Positions 58,045 to 64,000 of a stretch of 64,000 nucleotides of DNA are shown piece by piece. This stretch comes from Oculina patagonica (Eukaryota), in assembly GCF_052425735.1 (NCBI RefSeq), contig NC_135769.1, positions 5,394,001 to 5,458,000 on the forward strand, given 5' to 3'. Positions within the stretch are counted from its first letter, which is position 1. Every line of letters begins with the position of its first letter. The position numbers and the translations under genes are program-made. The notes below the pieces were generated by a model that searched no databases, was not told the DNA's origin, and saw only the letters and a program-made list of their open reading frames with translations.

Positions 58045-59561
58045 CATCCTCGGAGACCCAGGGGCAGTTAGTGGGGCGAGGAAAACGCGAAAATGCGGGT
58101 AGAAAATAGCGCGAAACTGCGAGGGAAAAAATCAACATATAAAAGTTGTATTGACTGAAAGTGCCCCTGGGGAAAGAGTCTTACCAGACCAGTTCAAAAA
58201 GCTCTCTGAATACTGCCTCCTGATTGGGCAGAAAAATCTTTTGTATTCCCTTTGTATTATTCTGCCCAATCGGCGACCAGCCTGACTACAGTCCTTTTGG
58301 TGTGTTCTCACACGAAATATGTACACAAAGCCAGTTCGTTCGCCATATCTGTCTTGCTTGTTCGCCAAGAATTTGCTCGGGAAGGAAAAGTTTCGGCTAG
58401 TGCCTCCCCTGGTTGAAAACGTCGAAAGTTTGACGGCCATGCACGCGGAGAAACGGCGGATTCTTCAGATTGTGGTTGATCGCAGGTATCGTAACACTTG
58501 CATGCTGTTTGCGAGTTTTAAAAGTTTGTGTGCGATATGCTAGTTGCACTGCTGTAATGGATGCATGTTTTCAGATTTTTTTCTGGGAAGATCAATGACA
58601 GCTTAACGCGAAACTTTTCCAAACAAGAGTAATTTTTTTACGAACAAGCCCGGCAGATGTGTCAAGCGGCCGTCTAGCTACGCGTGCAAAACGTGCAGCA
58701 GCGATTCCTAAGTTTTTTATAGGTGAGATAATAGAAGATCGATCGCAGCTGGAAGCGAAACTACAACAACAAAAAAAGTTTATTTAAACAATCATATTAT
58801 TTACAATATTTTTCACCTCTCACAATTAGCCTAGTTATTTGAGGCGGGAGGTGAAGAAGAAAATGAAGAAGAAAAAAAAAATAAACAAAGTTACAAAAAG
58901 GTAATACCTTATCTACATTAAAGAAAAGATAGTAATAAGAAAGATAACTTCGAATATCATAGCAATAAATTAAAATAACAATGTGTTTTAAGTTACATTA
59001 AGCTAAAGATTTTAGGAAGTCAAAACTATTTCCAAACAAACTTTCAAGACCTTGCATTTTGTAAATTTTTCCGTCGATCGACCGATTAGATACGCGCGCG
59101 TGTAATGCGTGCAGCACCAATTGTAGCACTCAAATGACGGTCATATTTCCCGAAGACAAAATGTTCCCAACACTTCACATCCAAGTTGAGGAGGCACTAG
59201 CCGAAACTTTTCCTTCCCGAGCAAATTCTTGGCGAACAAGCAAGACAGAAATGGCGAGCGAACTCGCGAACGTGGCTTTGTGTACATATTTCGTGTGAGA
59301 ACACACCAAAAGGACTGTAGTCAGGCTGGTCGCCGATTGGGCAGAATAATACAAAGGGAATACAAAAGATTTTTCTGCCCAATCAGGAGGCAGTATTCAG
59401 AGAGCTTTTTGAACTGGTCTGGTAAGACTCTTTCCCCAGGGGCACTTTCAGTCAATACAAATTTTATATGTTGATTTTTTTCCTCGCAGTTTCGCGCTAT
59501 TTTCTACCCGCATTTTCGCGTTTCCCTCGCCCCACTAACTGCCCCTGGATCTCCGAGGATG
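58045..59561. mobile_element. 1.5-kb foldback/Mutator-like element with about 360-bp TIRs
   Basis: 58045-58405 is the near-perfect reverse complement of about 59190-59561; flanks ACAAACATT / ACAAACAAT (9-bp TSD, 1 mismatch); explains the mirror-image ORFs 58132-58440(-) and 59229-59474(+). Confidence 0.9.
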
Positions 59562-59629
59562 ACAAACAATCAACATATCGGTTGATTTCGTCACCGAAGT
59601 ACGTTGCTAAGCAACATAACATATTCCTG

Positions 59630-59784
59630 AATGTGATAAATGATCATCGCAGTGAATTTCCAATTTAAGCAATTGGAATAAAGAAGCCTGAAAAAATTCA
59701 GGGCTTCAACGGGATCCCGTTGAAGCCCTGAATTTATTCCAATTCCTTAAATTGGAAATTCACTGCGATGATCATTTATCACAT
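59630..59784. repeat. Palindromic repeat (hairpin with no central spacer)
   Basis: ATGTGATAAATGATCATCGCAGTGAATTTCCAATTTAAG..GGGCTTCAACGGGATCCCGTTGAAGCCC..CTTAAATTGGAAATTCACTGCGATGATCATTTATCACAT. Confidence 0.85.
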
Positions 59785-60579
59785 TCATATCCATCCACAG
59801 TTCATATATGAATCATTTCATATACATTACATCATAACATATTCCTATTGCGTCATGCTGGCGTGACATTATACTCGTCACCAGGCTTCACCGGTTAAGA
59901 GACACGATGGGTTTTGGGGACGAAAATGTCACGGAACACGCGTGGTAGCGAGTAATCGTGCTTTTCTGATTAGGAAATTAATTATTGCCAAAAGCGGCAC
60001 TTGTTTCCCCAACTGATATTGAGACAGTTATTTATTATTTTTACTATTACGTCATTTGACCATATAGGGTCAAAAGAACATGCCATATACAAGAGCTTAT
60101 TGCAGTGTAGTATCCAGTTGTGGAGGTAAATAACGTGAAAAATGTAATGGGATAATAAATCCATTTATGGTGGTTTTATAAATATAATATTTGTAGACAT
60201 TAAGGTGAATATATTTGTTTCTTGGTCTCAGTTTTGAGACGCAAGGATGTAAATTTGAGGATTTTCTTGTAAATTTCCGTATAATGTTATAAGTATTTTA
60301 TTCTGTCCCATTATATTGAGACAGTATAGACTGTAAAAGTTTCAAACGAACGCATTTAACCGGCAAATAGGTTTCGATCGATACAAGTGTTTCGAAAACA
60401 CTTCAGTGAGCAATGCCAGCACCGTCAGCAAGGTAATGTGCAAACATTTATTTATGACAATAAAATCAGTAAGAAGACACTGACAGCAAGATTTTATTTA
60501 AGTTTTAAAGTTTTAAAACGTAAAATGAGCTCCCTCTCCGTTTTAAAGTATAATTCAAGTACATGTATGTACAGTTTTT

Positions 60580-60976
60580 TTGTCAGATTTGGCGCCCCAT
60601 ATGAAATATAAAAGAGGTAAAGATGTTTCAGATTTGAACTTTCTGGAAATATTGAAGCTGTAAACTATCTACCAAAACACAAAAGAAATATCCCGTCTGC
60701 CCTGTATGCTTTATTACAAGAATTGTTACCTTTTTAATCAGATTCTGCGCCCCATATACGCCCCATTTACGTCCCCTAAAAGAGTTAATGATCCGGGTCC
60801 AAAAGGAGCAAGGTTGTTTATTACTGGGAAAGATTGAAGCTGTCACCTATCCATCAAGAAACAACCTATTTCTCATAAACTCCGATATATTAATTTCAGT
60901 GTATGTTTTATCACAAGTAATAGATCTCTATTTGTCAGATTTGGCGCCCCATATACGTCCCATAAAAAGTTAATGA
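60580..60976. repeat. Degenerate tandem repeat, about 3 units of 160-195 bp
   Basis: TCAGATTTGGCGCCCCATAT recurs at about 60583, 60738 (variant) and 60935. Confidence 0.6.
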
Positions 60977-61025
60977 GCAGTGTTTAAGATTAAGGAAGAT
61001 TCAGGATTGAAACTGATCACAAACG

Positions 61026-61311
61026 ATAGAGCAGTTTTCAATTGAGTGTCGTAAAACCAAAACCAAAGCAATTACACTGGCCAATCACTAAGGACACAGA
61101 CAATCCAGTGAACCAATCAAAACTCAAAGCAAATACACGTAGCTGGCACGAAGCGCGGGAAAACGTGCGCGAGCGAGTCACTATTGGTTTTGGTTTTACT
61201 CCTGATTGGCTGAGAAAGTGGCGCGAAATTTTTAAGCCAATCACTAAGCGTAGTAATGCAAAACCAAAGCAAACGCAATTAACTTTCGACACTCAAGTGA
61301 AAACCGCTCTA
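61026..61311. mobile_element. MITE family 'ATAGAGCAGTTTTCA', intact CpG-rich copy
   Basis: TAGAGCAGTTTTCA ... TGAAAACCGCTCTA; internal CCAATCA repeats. Confidence 0.8.
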
Positions 61312-64000
61312 AACTAACTAAATTGGTCAAATGGTCAGTAAACGCTGTAACTAAAGGGGAAGTTTCACGGGATTCTTGTGTAATTTCAAAAACAAAGAAA
61401 CATTTCACTGTTAAAGGAAACTTTTAAATAATGTCCCAGGTTCGTTTATTATAAATTACCATCCAGTCCACTAAAACTGTCGACGAATGTCTCTGTGGCT
61501 ATGGGTGAAAAGGGTCGAAATGGATTGTTATCGCTTTGTTCTCGTATTTTTCTTTCCAAAATACGCTAGAAACGATCATGATTTGTTCTTTTTTTCAAGA
61601 ATTCGGTTGATATCTTTCTCTCAGTGTTCTAGGATTACCTCTAAAAGTAGAGGTAATGTACTGGGTGCACAGTTTCGACGTAAAACAATTAAAATCCCCA
61701 TGATGCTTTCCCTTTCAAGCAACTTGTACTTCCAAACGACTAAGTGCTTACAGCAACTCACGCAGTCACTCACTGCGCCACGTGCAAATACACGTGTAGT
61801 GCGCAGATGTGTAGCTGTGCGTGGGTTTAAAGCCAGGAAGATTATATAAGACGCCTTTTTTAAAATTTGTTTTTCGACCTTGTGTCAGCAACATCTGTCA
61901 TAAAGGTATTACATCCGCTGATTTCACCCCCGTCCACACCTGGTGGTTCGTTACGTGCGTCGCACCCCTCTATTACAACTATTGAAAAGGTTGAACAACG
62001 GGATAATGTTCTAAAAGTATACCCTTGTCTCGTTTTTGGTTGGTTTCCTAAATTTACTCCAGACTTGCCAGACTAAAAATATCTAGGCTTTTCATAAACA
62101 GACGACGCAGTTAAGCTCAAAACTCTTCCAAAACAATTGCAAAAAAAGCACTAGGTTTCCCCTACAGCTGCAGGAACGTTTCTAGAACGGCTTTTCCTAA
62201 CGAGGAAGAAGTTAACATTAACGCCTCGTTTTTAATCTTAGCAAAACTGCAGGAAGTGAACATTCTTTTTCATGGAGTTGAGAATCCCCGCCCCTTATCC
62301 TCTGTCGAAAAACAGAAAACGAATTCGCCGGGTCACCTTTACATTTCGACTAGTTGAGGCTGAATTGATAATAATATCATTTACACTACTGTTTAACAGT
62401 GTTAAATGAACCAGCATTTATTCACCATAAGAAAATTGTGGAAAAAGACTTCAGTTCTTCAATTGTTTAATTATAAATTTGAAGCGCAGTTGTCTTTTTT
62501 TTTTAAAAAAAAGCTGCAAATCATGTTGTGTTGAGTTATTTTCTTCGGTGGCAATTTCAGCTTTTTTCGCCGGCGTGATGTATATTTTCAAGTTTGTATT
62601 TTACCTTTGCTTTTCTAACCAACTCGTTTCTTAATTTTAACCCTTTAACTTTCAAACGTGTTTAAAAAAAATAATTTATTCTTTGTTATGTCAATATTTT
62701 CCCAAGTAGACAAGTGATATGAAGAAAATAGAAAATCACAATGTATTACCAAGTTCTCCCAACTAAAATCCAAAGCAAGATATGGCACTTAATAAGGAGA
62801 ATTGGCAGTTACACGTTAAGTGTAACCATAGATTTCCAGTTGTTTTATTTTTACAGGTGGGAGAGCATTGCTCGTGAAAAGTATATTTTCAGTTGCAGCA
62901 GTTTATTTTGGGAGAGAATAATTGAGAAGCTGGCTAAGCATAGCGGTCAGCTTTAATTTATAAACAAGCCTCAGTGAATTCCGTGTTATTTTTGCAGGCG
63001 GAAGACACTGAATTTCGCAACCTTTCGCAACTTTCTTTAAGAGTTCATAAGAGCTTTTAGTTAGCTTTGCTCGTAAGTCTACACGTTTTTCTTATATGAT
63101 CCTTGTAGCCCTTGTTTTACATAGTGCGTTATTTATTCTGACGGCTTGCAACGGCCAGCCAACTAAAGACACTAAACGGCAAACAGACGAAAAATTGAAT
63201 TGCAGGAAACTAACTTAAATTTCCATTTTTGGCCTGCTTTTTGCTCTTACTGATCAACATAACTTTGCCTAATTTTATTACATTCTGAAGCCCAATACAG
63301 TTGCAATGTTTTCACCCCAGCGCTAATAAAACGCAAAATTAAAATTGTTCAACGTGACTCTATTGGCAGCTAATAATTGTATTTTCATGGCAAAGAATAA
63401 CTTGTTTAAACATGGTATTTGCATTAGTCAAAGAACGACATCTGTCAGTTTTTGAGATGCATTTCGGTTCACGTGCACGTTTTATTCACGTAAATAAACT
63501 TGCTACTACGTGTTCGTTTGGATAAAAATTGTGTTCATTATGAATCGAATTTTGAAATGCAGGTACAGTTAATGAAGACCTACCAATGTACCCTAAAAAG
63601 GGTATTACGATGCACTAAATTTTCACCTCATAAAATTGACAAATTCAACAGGCGATACTCGCCGGTCATCGATATGATGATTTCCGCCGAAAAGAATTGT
63701 TTTATGCCGCTATTCCGGTGAAAGTCTCCAACGCCTGAAACAGTTGCACTAGTAGATTCGAATCGTGCGTGGTTCACCGTTTTGTTTGATATACGAATAC
63801 GGGAACTCGTAGTAAAAAATCTTTTTCGTGTCTAATGGAATATGCGCTACTTTTTACAGTGAGAAACGTGAGAAAGACTTCCCAAAATTCAGCCAATTAC
63901 GACGATCGAACTTTGTTCAATTGCCAATCATGTTCCTGTGTATTCCTGCTCAAAAAAATTGAACATCACGTTCTCATAAAACATCATAGGGCTTTACAAG

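Noticed and set aside
58132-59474. Duplicated ORFs on opposite strands
   Set aside because: Chance ORFs within the inverted arms of a non-coding transposon.

Overview
Eukaryotic (animal) genomic DNA, AT-rich, with two assembly gaps (14485-14647, 49548-50047). The repeat landscape (tRNA-derived SINEs, many palindromic MITEs, Penelope-type remnants) looks like a stony coral or other anthozoan genome; this is an inference. Three spliced genes could be reconstructed by hand. (1) A complete 29-exon importin-7 gene on + (4595-27970, about 1030 aa). (2) A convergent minus-strand type-I membrane protein (about 1280 aa): signal peptide, 2xCUB, 2xTSP1, a long Ser/Thr mucin stalk, a TM helix and a cytoplasmic tail (29499-37770; start exon not found). 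(3) A + strand micro-exon gene (42503-52402, interrupted by a gap) whose product resembles troponin I. It is followed by a second phase-compatible exon block (55382-57856) with PDW repeats that ends in a supervillin-like motif. Gene 3 is the most interesting item, because the troponin complex is generally regarded as bilaterian-specific. Introns and intergenic DNA hold nested non-autonomous DNA transposons, SINEs, microsatellites, a CpG-decayed antisense coding relic and a few candidate structured intronic RNAs. All homology calls come from remembered sequence motifs, not from database searches.
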